A stretch of DNA of 64,000 nucleotides from NCBI GenBank assembly GCA_964247055.1, contig OZ176051.1:15133085-15197084 (forward strand), read 5' to 3'. The stretch's first letter is position 1. Each line of letters starts with the position of its first letter. Position numbers and translations under genes: made by a program. This document shows, one piece after another, positions 12,597-26,380 of this stretch. The notes beneath the pieces are model-generated. The model was given only the letters and a program-made list of their open reading frames with translations. It was not told the origin of the DNA and did not search any database. This DNA comes from Paragordius varius (taxonomy: Eukaryota; Animalia; Nematomorpha).

Positions 12597-14256
12597 ACTC
12601 CTATTTGTTTAGATTTTATTTTTCAGTTATCAAAAATTGTAGTTTTTTTCAAATTTTAGGTATTATATCTATCATAATAAATATAGTTATATGAAAAATA
12701 TTAGGAAGTTAATTAACCTATAAAAAAATACATAAATATAAATGCAGTAGAATTCTTGGGGCAATTTACTATTTCTCTATTCGTAAATGAAAAACTATTG
12801 AGATCTTAAAATCCCTCTAATAACAAGCAGAATTGCTAATTGCCATAATAGATGATATAAACTTTTTTTAAAATGCATACTTTACTTAATATTAAAGCAG
12901 CATAACAACACTTTCGCGTATAGAAAAAGAGTGTTTTTATAATCAGTCTATCAATAAAATGAAAAAAATTGTTTGTTGTCAGATCTAATTTAGCAAAAAA
13001 ATTTGACCTGAGGTGATAACACGAATTATATTAAAAAAAATTTAATTTTTAACAGGGTTTTTGCATGTTCAATAAAATAGATCTATTCGATTTTAGTTAA
13101 ATTTTTAGCAAAAGAATATTTTTCAAACATACATTTATTGATTAATCAAAGATATAAAACTGCTAAATATTAGGATTTTCGAGTACATCGGCAGTTAAAT
13201 AGTATATTTCTTTTACATCTGTAATAGACAACAAATTTCCCTGCCACTCGGGTTTTTTGCATCTGATAGTTAATATCATTTTAACAGAAAATTCAAAACA
13301 ATAATATTTATAATTTAGCTAAAAATGTGCGGCGTTTAAAAAAATATTTTTTTTATGTTTTTACCTTAGTAAAATTTAAAATTGCATTAAAGTTCTTTGG
13401 ATATTTGTGTGCTTTCTCGTCCTACCGATAGTTTATGATAAATTACATTAAAAATGGAAAATAGCAATCTAGAAATCTTAAGACAAAAAGCCAAAACTTT
13501 ATTAAACCTAAATTATCACTATATAATTTATTTAACAATATAATTATAATTGTAAAATAGATAATTAATTTGGTTACCAATATTTATCTCATTTTTTTGC
13601 TTGCAAAATAAAAATTGTATTTATCTTAAATTTTTTCCGTACGATTTCAATTTACAATAAAAATTCAAATTTATACGGACAAAACGTAAATAAATAAAGA
13701 CAATGATACTTTATACTTGATTATTTTATATAACTCATTGTTTAATTTTTCGATTCAAATTATACTTGTATCCCAATAAAAATTATAAAAAAAGCCAAAA
13801 TATGTAAATTAAATTTCGTTTTGAAAAAAAAGTTCCATGTGAAACTATTTCGACGCCATTTTTATTTTACAAAATTTTTGCAAAATATCCTAATTATTTG
13901 CTAACGTTTAAAGTATTGCTAACTTTTTATTTAAATTAAATATAACATGATAGAAATAGGAAAAGTGGTTTATTTAGTATTACTTTTCAATTTAGCCAAT
14001 TCACATATATTACGTTGACTAAATTTTTACTAATGAAAATAAGAAATATCAGGTATATTTGAATTAAAATTTTTTATATATTTCGGTTTATTAATGTTAT
14101 AAGAGTGCAAATTGACATGGTTGTGATTCCTTCATATTTTTTATAGTAATTAATTTTAACAGGCCTGAAGTGGCCAACTACCCCAATTTAAATTGAAAGA
14201 CTAAAAAGTGTTATATTTAAGTGTAAAATTGCAAAATATAAATTTAAAATTGGGAG

Positions 14257-15683
14257 AATTTAGTGCCAGTACCCCAGAAATCATAACATTTAACGTTCGT
14301 AGCGATCCGTGTCAATTTACATTGGGTGTCACCTTATTTGGTGGAAATCAATTACGTAAACATTTTTTTCAACCATCATCCATGTATTTGTCCTTAAAAA
14401 ACATTTGAAAATTTATATTTTTTGGATTATACCAGAAGATATAAGTGATATTGTTGTTATCATATCAAAAACGGGCAAAACTAGCCTACTTTTTTGAATC
14501 AAAAAAATAAGATATCAATGAAATCAAATGTACTGTTTTTGGATTTTTTAACAGATCCTTTTCACTATAAAATTTTGTAAAAAAGTATGATAATATTTTT
14601 GACTAATTATATATTTCCTCTAGGTTATACTATTTTGCCACATTTACAGTGTTACAACTACGACCCTAAAATTGCTAAATTTTTCCAAACATACTTAAAA
14701 ACATTTTTAAAGCCATAATCTAGCTTCCTATTTAATCATTGCCTCGGTCGAATCACAAATTAGATAAATTCCGAGTTGTCTCGATGTTAGCTGCTGCGTA
14801 AAATGTGGGAATCACGAATAATGTTTTCTTATTGAGTTAACCTCGGTAGGCGAGACAATCTAAAACTTCAATGATTATATCAAATTATACCGACAAATTT
14901 TAAAACATAAAGACAAATGATTTTTAAAAAGGCAGCTCTCTTTTTGTTAACGTGATTGTTTTAATATAAGACATTGTTTTTGAATTACAAAGTAAATATT
15001 TAAATTATACGGACAAAACGTAAAAATAATATCGTGTTGATGTTAGCAATTTGCATCTCTGTTTCATACTTTTTTATTTAGAATAATGACTAAATTTAAA
15101 AAATTCAGTTTAAAAAGAATGGTTGTCTTTAAAAAAAATATTTGTCGATTTAAGCTTTGTCGGTATAATTTCAATTCTTATTCACTGCTAACACAATCAA
15201 TTTTCTTTTTACTAATGTAAGGATTAATTTATATAAGATAAAGTAAGGATTCAAAAAGTCTGTCTCTCAAAGAAGATTTGTTTTTAGGTTTTTATGATTT
15301 GTCTGTATTTTGTAACATATTTTTTCAAATTTTGTACAGGAGTCAATTATGCGGGAGCTATGCCTATGGCTATGTTAAGTACAACAGATGCAGTCGGAAC
15401 AGCAATTACTCTAGGAGCGATGCCTAATACTGGAGTAATAACCTTAACAAGCAACACTACTGTTCCGGCAAATTACACGGGCTTTAATTTTGAAGCAGTC
15501 CTGGCTCCTGGTGCCGCAGTGACGCCCAAAGTATTTGATGTGAGCTTATAATTTCTGTTTTACAGTAAAATTAATTAAAATTATTCAGAGAAAATGTAAA
15601 ACCCTAAGGATATTTTTTTACAGTTGGGTATACTTTATCAATTAGAATTAACATTGGCAGAAAACGCAACATATTTTGGATAG
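14257..15683 (+). CDS. Partial multi-exon gene of unknown product (candidate exons 14257-14355, 15340-15539, 15624-15683)
   Basis: AG/GT-flanked, GC-richer, phase-compatible segments: FSASTPEIITFNVRSDPCQFTLGVTLFGGNQL; GVNYAGAMPMAMLSTTDAVGTAITLGAMPNTGVITLTSNTTVPANYTGFNFEAVLAPGAAVTPKVFD; LGILYQLELTLAENATYFG*. Start not found. Confidence 0.5.
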
Positions 15684-16859
15684 TTAGCCTATCATTGCGA
15701 TTGGAGGTTTCTTCTCCAATAATGGCTTATGAAGTGATACATGGATTGTGTTACCAATTTACATGTTACTTACTTTGCTAGTAAAATAAAGCTATATTTA
15801 TACAAGTTTAAAGGGTTTAGCTGTTTTTCTCTGTATAATTAATTACTGTACTATTATGCTAAATAATACATTTATGTCCATAATTAGAAATACGATATTT
15901 TTCTTAAGTAGTTACAATTTATAAATTTCCATTTTTTACTTTAACTTGTTTTGTTATTTTGTTTCTTAATATATTTGTATAAGCCCTCAACTTTAAGTGT
16001 TCAAAAAAATCCACCTTTTCTCAAAACTAAGTTATATTAAACGATATAAGCTGTTTTTCTAATAAAACGTTTAGATATAAGGCATTACAGCGAATGTCAT
16101 TATTGTATAAGGAGCATTTGATGTATTGCATTATATAGGGAATAGATTCATAAATATCACGAAAACACTTTTTGTATATAATTAAAAGAATATGCCATTA
16201 AATACTATTTCTTTATAAACAATCAGGTTTTTTTCGAAAAGGCTATTTTTCCAGTTATATAAAATTTTTATCGCTTAACTTTGCGCCATTAATATATTAA
16301 TAACAGGGGCACTTAACAAACTGCTCAATGCACTTATATAGCACATAAAACATAAAGCAAAATAAAAAACCTATTGTTATTTAGTTTTTTACTGCTTATA
16401 GCCAATAATAATGCTTGTATATGTTATCTGGCAATATTTAATAAAAATTAGTCAGGTAGGTATATTTGGTCATTTTGTATATTAACAATTAAAGGTGCAG
16501 ATTTTGCAATTTTTCGTTTTACGCAAATTTTGAAAATTTTAGAGCTCGATAGCACCTTTTTCCTTAACACCCCACGCTTATAAATTAATCTAAAAAGGAA
16601 AGTATGATAAAAAATTTTGTGGCTAGTTTCATTAAGGTAAACAACTATGAATTGAATATATTATCAAATATTTATTTTACAACTTCCGAATAATTGAGCA
16701 GATTAAACGTTATTAGATAATGCAAATGGTTAATTTTGATTCAGGCCTATCTTACATGCAGGCTCATATTTTCCAAATAGGTATTTCTAAACTCATTCTT
16801 ATATAAAATCTAACACATGGTCTAGTCTTTTTGATTTATTTTATTTAAAATATCGACAT

Positions 16860-17070
16860 TGAAACTTTTACACATCACGTTAATAAAATGGCGTGAACAG
16901 TCTTTTGGCGAAAACCATTTGTCAAGCCATTCAACTTCTTTAATAATACTGAAGCAGGTATTAAAAGTAATTATCGACGAGGCGCAAACAGAGAGCTCCA
17001 TCTTTTTACCCTAACAATTTGGCCGACCAGCTGGGTAAGGCGAAATCCATGATTTTACTGATATTTTAAA
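16860..17070 (-). pseudogene. Possible heavily decayed Ty3/gypsy-like RT fragment
   Basis: Minus-strand pieces in different frames (IVRVK, KDGALCLRLVDNY, KWFSPKDCSRHF) loosely resemble the gypsy RT motifs IVlVkKkDGslRlCVDY and FSklD. Confidence 0.3.
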
Positions 17071-18559
17071 ATTACGCATTTCCCACCTCTCTTAATTCGG
17101 TGCAAAATAATTTTTTTGTGATGCCCTACCGGAAATTTACAAATATTTTTGTAATTTGTGATTCGACTTTTATTTAAATAAATGAGACTTTTTACCGAGT
17201 GTCTCTATTACTGTAGACACTATTGCTTGTTTTTTGATATGTGTAATGCTTCTTGACTTTGATTTCGAGTTCAGTACCATCCAATAAGCCTTACAGTTTA
17301 TTGTCTTTTCATTTGTTAGACCAAGCGCCCATCTCACATTAAATCACAATTTTTTTTATTTTCTAAACCATGCTTCTCACAATCTGTTGATGCCGCAGTT
17401 TTTTAAGGTACAATTCGACATATATAGATATACATATTTTCTAAACGATATAAACAGGACGCTATCTTTTGGCAGAATCAATTTGTATGTGTTAGTAGTA
17501 GAATGTGAGATTATAAAATGAATCTGAGTCGAATTCATCGGCCGCATACTTTTTACTGAGGTGTACCCTTAGTTAAACTGCTAAAAATTATGACTAAACT
17601 GGTGTGGAGCAAGCTTCGCCTTTAATTAAAAGTTTCTTTATATATATTGTGAAAATTAATCTCTGTTTAAAAATTATAATATTCAATATTTAATATTTGA
17701 TAGTTATGGTCAACTTCCACATTCTGCATAATAAGGGCTCTGATTTCTTACAATTTTATTTAAATCAATATATAAAACATGCTCAAAATGTTTACTCGTA
17801 CCCAATTTGTGTGATAGTTAAGAACATATTTTATATGTGTTCAACCAGTGGTAAACATTACTTTTGATTGGAAGCGTCAAATACTAATTCCGTATACGAT
17901 AAAACAAACAGTAATGTTTTTTAAGGTGTCACATAGATAATTATTTTGTGTAATATAAACTAACAAGGAGAATATTTTTTGCTAATGGCAGTATTTGCGA
18001 ATAATTAGGAATTTCTAAAAGGCATTCTAAGTAGTATCAGGGAAAATATTTTATATCGATACAACAAATGAGGGGTAATTTTTTTAAATAACCAAATTTT
18101 AAAAATACTTGAATTCATATAATATCGTTTTTGGTTATAAATAAAAAAATCAATATACAGTATTGAAATTATAATGACAAAACGTTAATATTTTAATCTA
18201 TAAGACTATAACTTAATTTTTCACTTATCTATTTAATTACAATCGTAAAATATAGAATCGATTCTGTTAGTTCTGTATGTCTTTACATTTTGCCATTTAA
18301 AACAATGAGTTATATTGAAATAAATTAGGATTTAAAAAGTACGGTTGTCTTTTAGAAAAACATATTTGTCTATATATTTTCACGTTTTGTCCGTATAATT
18401 TCAATTTTTACTGTATTTCAAAGTTAAATCGGTATGCATAAAATTTTGCAGTAATCTTTTTTGTTACAATAATACTGTTTACTGCTTAACACTTTTTTAA
18501 CCTCATAAATTTCATCTCAAACTTTTCGCCGCCATATTTTTATTTGTATTTAGTTATAT

Positions 18560-20884
18560 ATGATAATTTCTTTTTGAGGCACATGCCGATCAGGTGTATC
18601 TCGGGATTTATTTTGTCAAAAAATTACGGTGTTCTTTATTTTCTTTGCAGGATTTGTAGTATCTTCCGCCAGCACCACATTTTAAAGGCTATAATGTATC
18701 ATTCGTCATCCTTTTTTTATTGTCCAACTTTCTGACGCGTAAAGCATACTAGGGGATATTAGGGATTTAACTAATCGGATTTTTGTTTTGAGTTTGATGT
18801 CATGTGACGACCATAGTTTATTATATTTTATCATTTATGATTTAGCAATTCCTATTCTTCTTCTGATGTCGGGGGTGCTGTTGTTAGTCGTATTGATAAG
18901 ACTGCTCAAATAAGGGTATGATAACTTCGATTTTTTGGTTGTCAAAGGATAAATTGTTGTAATGATTCTAAGCGTTTATATTCATAATTTTAGTTTTTGT
19001 AGTTGATCGTCACACCGAATTTTCGACAATCAGTTGAAAATTCTGTTATGGGTTTTTTTTAGGTTGTCCACTGAATTTGACAGCAGTATAGTGTCGTCAG
19101 CATAGTGAAGTGATGATATGATATTGCCGGCGATGCTTATGCCATTAGCTTTATCTATATTTCTTAATACACTTTCTATAAAACGTTAAAAAGAGCCGGT
19201 GAAAGAACGCATCCTTTTACTAAACCATTGTTCATTCGTATCCATTTACTTGTGCCGTGTGAGTTTTATGGGTAATGATGAATTGGGGTAAAGGAATTTG
19301 ATGATGTTTATTATATAATCTGATACTCCAATCTGATATAGTGCCTTCCACAGCGAGTCATGCTACACGCTATCGAAGGCCTTTGAAAAATCAAAGAAGC
19401 AGATATGGGTTTCTCTGAAATTCGATTTGTTTTCAAATATCCAGCGTATATTTCTAATCATATCCCTGAATCCGCGGTTGGTTTTAAATCTCACTTGGAT
19501 GTTAAAAAGTTCGGCTTATGCCTTGTATACGCCTGTGAATTATTTTGAGAAAAACTTTTGAGGCTTGGTTGATTAGCGCTATAGTTCTATAGTTGTTAAA
19601 TGATTTAGGATAGCCTATTTGTAAGATGGGGATGAGTATTGATTTGCACCAATCTTGGGGGAATGAGGCGTGAGCAAATATCTTTTGCAATAAATCAGTT
19701 AGGATATGAATTGGGATAAAACGAATGAGTTCGGTTGGGATATGTACTACTCCGATTTGTTGTTTGATGGTTAAGCACCCATTCAACTTACTCTTTTATG
19801 ATCTGCGGGTCATGTTGATAAATATTACTGAAGGCTGGTGCCGTATAGTTTTAATACACATTGTTCCACCAGTTTTTTTCTGTCTGTAATAATATATCCA
19901 TCTTCCTTTCTCATTGGGCCTTTGTAGCTTTTAGACCTACGTGGTACAATGTGATCTACTTCAGCAAAGTAGTTGTTGTTATATTTAGCAGCGTTTTCTT
20001 ATTTTAAGCACAGCTGATTGTAGTGATCCTTTTTGTCGTCCCGAGCGCTTTTAACTCTAAGTGATTTGTACTCTGCCGTTTTATTATTGCGTTTTGCTTG
20101 GTGCCTGTCCGCTAAATCTAAACTTTTTGTGATAGCCTAATAGATGGGAATTTTGATAGGGATGCATTCTCCGTCTGTAGTTCTAGTGATATTTTTTGTT
20201 TCCCAAAAATTTTCAGTGTCACCGTCAATTTAAGTAACAAAAGAAATTCGGAAAAGATCGCAGTAGGTTTATGCTGAGATTTTGGTTTGCGTGAGATACT
20301 AGCTTAATTTTAGGTTAATTTACAAGGAGATTATGATCAGAATAACAGTCGGAACCAGGGTAGGTTTTTTAGTTCATGAATAAAGATTTATGTTTTTGCA
20401 TACCTAGAATAAAATCGATTTGGTTTCTGTGCCTCTTGCAAGCTGAGGTCTATGCGTATAGCATTCTCTTAGGTTGCTGGAAAAAAGGAGTTTGAGATAT
20501 AGATTTATGTTCGCTGCAAAATTCTATGAGGTGGTCTCCTCTATCGTTTTTGCTTCCCACTTTCCCACCAGTGATTTGGTTTCTATTATCATTACCTACT
20601 ATCGCGTTAAGTCGTCCAATATAAATATCATGTCTTTTTTGGGAAATTTCTTTATTAACTGAGCTGAGGGCCTCGTAAAAATGTTCGAGTCTTCTTTTTT
20701 TAGCGTTAGTAAGAGCATAGATTTGGAATTTGGTTGTGGGGACGAGTTTAATCGAAGTGATATTAGGCGATCTCTGTGTAGATGGTGAATTACTGATGAG
20801 TTGGCAAATGATTTGGTCACTTTTATGGCCATTTCGTTTTGTTAAGGGTATCATGACATGATTATAATAGGATGTGATTTTCAT
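18560..20884 (-). mobile_element. Near full-length decayed RTE-type LINE (endonuclease + RT + C-terminus)
   Basis: Endonuclease remnants 20330-20884; DWCKSILIPI...NNYRTIALINQASKVFLKII (ORF 19502-19786); ICFFDFSKAFDS ~19370-19405; GCVLSPALF ~19190-19215; HYADDT 19091-19107; IIAFKMWCWRK ~18665-18700. Confidence 0.92.
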
Positions 20885-21299
20885 ACTCTATGTGACCGTT
20901 TAAAGGGATGTGGGATTTTGCTATGCCTAATACACTGATGTCATGTTGTTTCACCATTTCTTTTATAATAACTTCGATTTTGTTGGTGGTGTCTACTGAA
21001 TTCCATGTGCGAATTCGTAAAGACTAAACGCTGGAGTTAATTTTCGAAACAAGCATTGTCTGATGTTTGTATTTTCGATGATGAATGATATTTTATAGGT
21101 AATTGGATAAAGATATTGTTAAAAAAGATAATTTAATAATCAGTTTGTAGTTCAAATGAATATATTTTTTTTTGAGAATGATGATCTAATGGTATTCAGA
21201 TAAAAATGAGATGAAATGTTTGGTAAAAGCTTGTCTAATGCGTTAATTAAATGCTTTCATTAAGACTGTAGAAAAAAATTACATCTTCAAAAATAATTG

Positions 21300-21460
21300 G
21301 TATTCCTTCTGGAGAGTAGGCATACCAAGCCTTTCCACCGTCTTAACCATTTTCAACTTTGGTCAAATTACCAAGACTAATGACTTGGAATCCCAACTAA
21401 TGAGAGGCATGGTCGCAGGATCCAAGAAACGTGGACGCTGCAAGATGTGCTAGATCGAAA
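21300..21460 (+). mobile_element. 3' fragment of an RTE-type LINE
   Basis: FGQITKTNDLESQLMRGMVAGSKKRGRCKM resembles the RTE C-terminal FGHi.R...LE..im.G.v.G.r.RGRP motif. Confidence 0.65.
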
Positions 21461-22175
21461 ACCTAACCAAAGAAACCAATCTTTCTTTACAACAGCTAAC
21501 AGCTCTCGCTTACAATCGAATAAACCGGAGATATACCTTCGAAAAAGAAATAAATCGACAACGATCATTGCTATAATAATAAAATATGTATATCAAAAGA
21601 AACATTATACAACAAAGTTGATATTTATTATTTTTAAAATCATCTTTTTCTCTATCTTTAAAACTTATACTAATATCTAGATGCCCAATATTGTATTAAT
21701 ATGAGCTTTAATGTTTGAGAACGCTAATAAAACATTCAGAAGGGTAGTTTATTTACAAGCTGTCACTATATCCATCGCCTTTAGAAATGAATTAGTTTTG
21801 TCATTATTATATTTGAAAGGACCTGAATGTTTTTCGGGATATCTTCAATATTTTAGAATTTTGAAGATAACGCTGTGATTTTAATCAAAATTGATGGAAT
21901 ACCGGGGGGGGGGGGAAATTATATTATAAACCTTCTGATTACCCATATTATAACATTTAAATAAAAATGTTATATGAAAACCGATGCTTTTAAAGTTATC
22001 ATATATGTATTGATAAGTTAGCTCACTTATAATTTTTAAATTAACGAACCAGGTGTATTCAACAGTTTACCTTTGCAATCTTTTCTAAGGCTGATATGTT
22101 CGATCCTTGCAACTTTTTTAACATCATCGTCTTTTTGCTGCTCAACATCCATATATATATTAATATTTTTTGATA

Positions 22176-22415
22176 GAGTAATTGAAATTATACGGGCAAA
22201 ATTCTAAAATATAAAGACAATATTTTTTCTAGCACAACCCTACTTTTTCAAACCATAATTTTCCTTATCTACTTGATAACAATAATGTAATTGATTGGAC
22301 TAATAATTTACTTACATCTTTATGTTCAACCCAAAATAATAAGGAATGTTCAGTGTCTTTTAGAAAATTTGTCTTTATATTTTTACCTTTTGTCCGTATA
22401 ATTTCAATTTTTACT
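22176..22415. mobile_element. Tc1/mariner-like MITE (family with TIR consensus CAGTAAAAATTGAAATTATACGGACAAAA)
   Basis: Inverted arms AATTGAAATTATACGGGCAAAA...TTTTGTCCGTATAATTTCAATTTTTACT. Solo arms also near 13670, 15005, 15120-15180, 18340-18412, 47485-47545, 47830-47890 and 61075-61135. Confidence 0.65.
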
Positions 22416-23753
22416 TAAGTTAACCCACCATTAATTAATTTTTTTTATTTTATACAAATATAAGACTTTAAAATTATTCGAATTTGTGCGAAAATAAAAC
22501 TTCATAAACAAATAAAACAATAGATATTTTTCAATTTAGCGGACAGATTATACACTTTTTTTCTATTTATTTTATATGGGACGTTTTTAAATAAATCATA
22601 CATTTTATACTATTTACGAGTCGAAAATGAATTATATTCTAAAATACTGTACGCCTAATTGATGTTGTATTAATATTGCAACATAAACAGTATAGTCATT
22701 TTTTTTTGCTTAATAATACCCAAACCGATTAAATATTTAATCATGCTATCTCATATATGCGGCCCACAAAGTTGTATGGACAGCGCTGTGAGTGTGTAAT
22801 TAGAAGTTTACGCCTTATAAATAAGTATTCCATTCTAGATAATTTTGTGACTTTCGATATTTTTGAGATGGGGTAAGGTTAGTAACTAATGATAATATTG
22901 AGAAACCGCTTATTAGGGCGGCCTCTTTTGCAAGCCCCATCGACCAACCCAAGCAGTATGTTTATTTTTCCAGGGAACGGATCAACCGCAACATTTAGTG
23001 AATATTTTCTGAACTTGATTTTCTTGTATAAATCATAAAATTACAATTCTAAAACATATAATTGATTGTGTTATCATCTTGTATAAATAAGTTCGACTTT
23101 TTTATATATAGATATTGATTTATATTTAAAAGAAATCAGAAGTGCAGCGATATTGAAGACTTACTAATTTTCGCTTTTTAGTCACCATTTTGATGCCCTA
23201 AAGCCTATAAAAGCCAAATGGCGCCAAAAATATATAATCAAGATTTTCGTGTAAATTCTTTAAATCAAAAATTTGAGTCTATAGATCTTTGACTGCATCA
23301 AATAGTATGGGAAAAGTATTATATTGGATGTTTTAAAATTGCGTTTGGTGCATATTATCAAAATATTTCCTTTTACACATATAATTTTTTGTTGAAGGCG
23401 ATATATTGGGTTAACTTTGTATATAAAATTAATATATGATTGTTTTAATGAAAATTAAAATCTTTTAATTCATATTAACAAGTTTTCAAAATTCAATTTA
23501 ATGCTAAATTGGGATTTTTAGCTAATTTATATTTTAGTCTTTCAAGGGCACTCAGAAAAAAATTCAAAATTTGTTGATAATATTTTGCGTCTAGAAAAAA
23601 CTAAATTACTTTATCCTAGTATTTTAACCGAAGATATTATTTCTATATTCCTTATCTGAAGCTTTGGCCTTTGATATATGATTCTCTAATCTTTATTTTG
23701 CTACTTACCGTGTGGGAAATACGTATTTAAGCCCAAATAAAGACCAATGTATA

Positions 23754-24030
23754 CCATTTACAGTTCATATTTACCCTTAAACAATTCGAATTTATCCTTG
23801 AACAATGCAAACTCTAAATTATGTGTTTTCTAATATATGATTTTTAATACGTAATACATCTTTAAAACATAGTTAATTATTTTTTTAATATTATATTAAT
23901 TTAAAACCATATTTTATTTTTTAAAAATATATAAAAATGTAGGTAAATTTTTATCCTGAATATATTTATTTGAGGGTGAATTTAAATTGTAGGGTGAATT
24001 TAAATTGTTAAAGTGAATTATTGTAAATGG
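23754..24030. mobile_element. CCATTTAC-ended MITE
   Basis: TATA|CCATTTACA ... TGTAAATGG|TATA with inverted TTCACCCT/AGGGTGAA-type subterminal repeats; same ends as 9685-10477. Confidence 0.75.
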
Positions 24031-24319
24031 TATATTTGGTTATAAAATCTTTTAAAAATCTGTGTTTTAAGATAGACTCAACAATCTAATGTAAAATAAT
24101 TTATCAATTTACTAAGTATTATAACAAAATTATTTTAAAAGATTTATTCTATTAAGCATAGAGAATGGTTAAATAGTGTCAATTATAATATGATCTTGGA
24201 ATATCAGAAAATGCATTGCATGACACAATTATGAAACGACACATTTTATTTAAAATAAAGTTTGAAAACAAAATATTACAATTTTTTTATATGAAACAAT
24301 TTTCAATTATGCACATTTT

Positions 24320-25449
24320 TCATATTTTTGCGTGAGCAGATTTAATGTGTATAGCAAGTGAGCCTTTATGAGAAAATTCAGTTTTACATATCGGACATGA
24401 TATCTAATATGTTCATGAACAGATTTAATGTGGGTTGCAAGTGAGTCTTTTCTAGAGAAATCTGTCTTACAAATCGCACATGGATATCTAATTTGTTCAT
24501 GAACAGATTTAATGTGTGTTGCAAGATAACTTTGTTTAGAAAATTCATTTTTAAATATCGGACATTGATATTTAATATGTTCATGAACAGATTTAATGTG
24601 CGTTGCAAGATAGCTTTTTCTAAAAAAATCTGTTTTACAAATCGGGCAAGGATATTTAATTTGTTCATGAACAGATTTGATGTGTGTTGAAAGATTGCAT
24701 TTTAGTGAAAAACTAGCCTTACATATCGGACATTCATATTTAATTTTTTCATGAACAGATTTAATGTGCACTGCAAGATAGCTTTTGTCAGATAGTTTGC
24801 TTTTACAAATCGGACATGGATATCTAATTTGTTCATGAACAATTTGATATGTGTTATAAGATGGCCTTTATCAGATAAGATCTTTGAACAAATTTCGCAC
24901 GGATATTTTACATGTTCATGAACAGAACGAATATGTTTGGTCAAGCCGCTTTTAGCCATATAATTTTTATCACATTTAATACATCGATAATTATAATCCA
25001 ATTTTGAAGAGTTTAAAGATTTAATAGTTTATTACTATTTTTAGTGTTTATATTATTAATATTTATATCAACATTTGTACTTATCGGAGTAATTTTATTT
25101 ACGTTTTCCGATGGTTTTTTTAGCAAAAGATCTAAAGGTTCCGTCTGTTCTCCTAAATCAATTATCAAGTCGTGTTTGTTGATTTTGGGAACGTTATCAA
25201 TTTTATCATCCAAATTATTATTTTGTTGAGTATTTTCGCTTTTATGTTCCCTTAAATAACAAAGGTTATGGAAAGAAGCGCTCAGAATTCTCCGTATATC
25301 ATCGTTTGTAAAGTCTTCAGTTTCCAACATATTAATGAAGGATGCCGGTTTACATGGATCAATATAATTTTCTTGTTGATTTTTGAGTTCTACTTTATAG
25401 AGCTTAGTATCGAGATCACACCAAAGTTTGTAAGTTGAGTTACCGAAAT
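24320..25449 (-). pseudogene. Tandem C2H2 zinc-finger gene (8 fingers) with at least 3 frameshifts
   Basis: 84-nt units Y-x-C-x2-C-x12-H-IKSV-H-E; 1-nt deletions near 24840 and 24398; frame change near 25005-25015; finger 6 has C>F; AG acceptor at 25451-25450. Confidence 0.85.
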
Positions 25450-25949
25450 CTAATTTTTTTTCAAAAATGTAATTTAAAAAGTCAAGTTATCAATGAAGAA
25501 ACAAAAATTTTAACAGCCCAAGAAAGGAAACTAAAACCTAGTTTTAACAAGTTATTACTATAAAATTGTTGATGCATACATAAATCATAGAGTAATGGTT
25601 GATAATATACACACAAAATGTTAAAACATAAAGAAATAATAAAACTAAAACTTTTCAGCATAAACTATAATATTATGTGTGATATCTCAAATTCATAATA
25701 TTAACAATTACATCTCTATCCCCTATTTTGTAAATCATATGAGTGTTATAATAAAATATGGGTGTCAAAAATATATTTAGTTTTTTCCCTTCTATTTGTA
25801 AGTTTTGGATTATACCGGTATTAGATTTAGTCTTAAATTTTGACTAAAATAAAAATCTAATATTAATGTAAAGTTGCAGAGAGTCGCGGATTGGTAATAA
25901 ATTTTTTTTATTAAACCAATTAACAAATGACACAAGTATTATATGGAAG

Positions 25950-26380
25950 ATTAACACTTGGATACATCATTTTACTCCTTAGATTCAAATTGGGGCAATC
26001 AAATACCCCAGGCCCGTTTAAATTTGAATTCTTTAAAAAATATGGAAGGAATTAAATCCAAGGCAAAATTTTACACCTATATAACATTAAACCGAAATAT
26101 ATAAAAAAGTTTATTCAAAAATATTTGATAATACTTTTTTAAGCTAAAACCGAAAGGTAAAAATTTGGTCCATGTGACATGTGTGCAATGGTGTAAATTA
26201 AAAAATAATACAAAATAAACCGCCTTTTCTATTTCTATCTATGTTAGATGTAATTTAAATAAAAATTAGCTTTAATTTTACGCTTAAAATTAAATGAAGA
26301 CGATATTTTGCAAAAATTTTGTAAAAATTTACACAATTTTTATTAGAATAAAAGCATAAATTTAAATTGGGACCGTTTCC
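25950..26380 (+). repeat. Dispersed repeat, homologous to 40960-41255
   Basis: Shared blocks TAACACTTGGATACA, TAAGCTAAAACC(G/A)AAAGGTAAAAATTT, GTGACATGTGT, TTCTATTTCTATC, AAGCATAAATTTAAATTGGGACCGTTTC. Confidence 0.75.

Larger units (their letters stand above)
8960..12770 (+). repeat. Tandem segmental duplication A, copy 2 (carries an extra 793-bp foldback element)
   Basis: Collinear with 4460-7440 apart from the 9685-10477 insertion. Confidence 0.95.
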
